From Sphyrna mokarran (lineage: Eukaryota), in NCBI GenBank assembly GCA_024679065.1, contig JAGIQG010000012.1, forward strand, positions 52,452,001 to 52,516,000: a DNA stretch of 64,000 nucleotides, in the 5' to 3' direction. The position numbers and the translations under genes are program-made. The notes below the pieces were generated by a model, which was not told where the DNA came from, searched no databases, and saw nothing but the letters and a program-made list of their open reading frames with translations. Of this stretch, positions 63,197-64,000 are shown in pieces (within the stretch, counting starts at the first letter, position 1; every line of letters begins with the position of its first letter).

Positions 63197-64000
63197 TTAT
63201 TTTAATATCTCAGGAGTCTGTTTTTCAATCTCTAGTATAAGATTAATGGCATTGATCAAATGTTATCCGAAATTGGCTTACTGAGAATCATGTTTCACAA
63301 AATTGTTTCCCTCGCTGTTGCTAATTGTAATTGACTTTGCAAGTGCTAACATATTTGGCAACCACTTGCCTGCACTAAAATAAAGTTCTGTCTTTTACGA
63401 AAAATAAAATGGATCATTGCTTTATACTGTTCTATTTGAAGATTACAGTGGTTACATGGTGGAAAGGTGTTTTTTTTAATAAGATGGAGAAATCACATAG
63501 GTTTCAACCACCAATATCTCTTAAACAGAAGCAACTCTTTGATTTATTAGTTGCATATCGTACTCTATGGATGAGGGCTTAACTTCATTTCAAGGATAAG
63601 ATGCAACCTCAAAGGGAGTAATCTACCTTTCCTGTGTGAGCCATTGTTGTAAAGAATTGATGCTATAATGTGCAGGGAGAGGCGATAACACATAATGCAA
63701 GATGCAATTGTGATTTATTATCCAGCCAACATTTTATTAGTCCATTTTCTCCTGTTTGTCAGTGTTATAAATTAAAATTGTCCATAAGGTTCACCATTCC
63801 TTTAACTTGTCTGTTGAGTGATTGACTTAAAAGCATATGAATCAAATTTTGTTTTAAAAGTGCTAGAAAGAGATCAATGTACCAGCTATCTTATCGTTTT
63901 TAAGTATGTTTATCCAGCTTTGTGCTCGAAGACTGGTGGCTGCTTCAAGGCCAAATAACATTTGAACCTTGGTTGCAACACGTCAGCCCATTTTGAAACC

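Overview
Eukaryotic, AT-rich, repeat-dense vertebrate genomic DNA. The repeat complement (CR1/HER1-type LINEs, HE1-like tRNA-derived SINEs, palindromic Penelope-type remnants) points to a cartilaginous fish, probably a shark; this is an inference from family recognition, not a database hit. The only host coding sequence I can support is one 195-nt phase-0/0 exon (11107-11301, +) of a Prospero/PROX homeobox gene, equivalent to the PROX1 exon encoding FNRCITSQ...ANDFE. The ORF track misses it. I found neither neighbouring exon, so the rest of the window appears to be intron (>11 kb upstream, >52 kb downstream). The one long ORF (1419-2891, -) is the reverse transcriptase of a young, 5'-truncated CR1 LINE; the other listed ORFs are noise or decayed TE. 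Points of interest: inverted Penelope-type repeats with decayed hammerhead-ribozyme cores; a ~1.3-kb foldback with ~320-nt arms; three copies of a ~1.2-kb non-coding repeat; a pyrimidine minisatellite with a 640-nt AG-free zone; micro-inversions bounded by short inverted repeats; inverted SINEs flanking the symmetric exon; and enhancer-like repeat-poor blocks. I cannot demonstrate a wholly new biological system. There is no CRISPR array or prokaryotic feature. TE boundaries were read by eye and are approximate.
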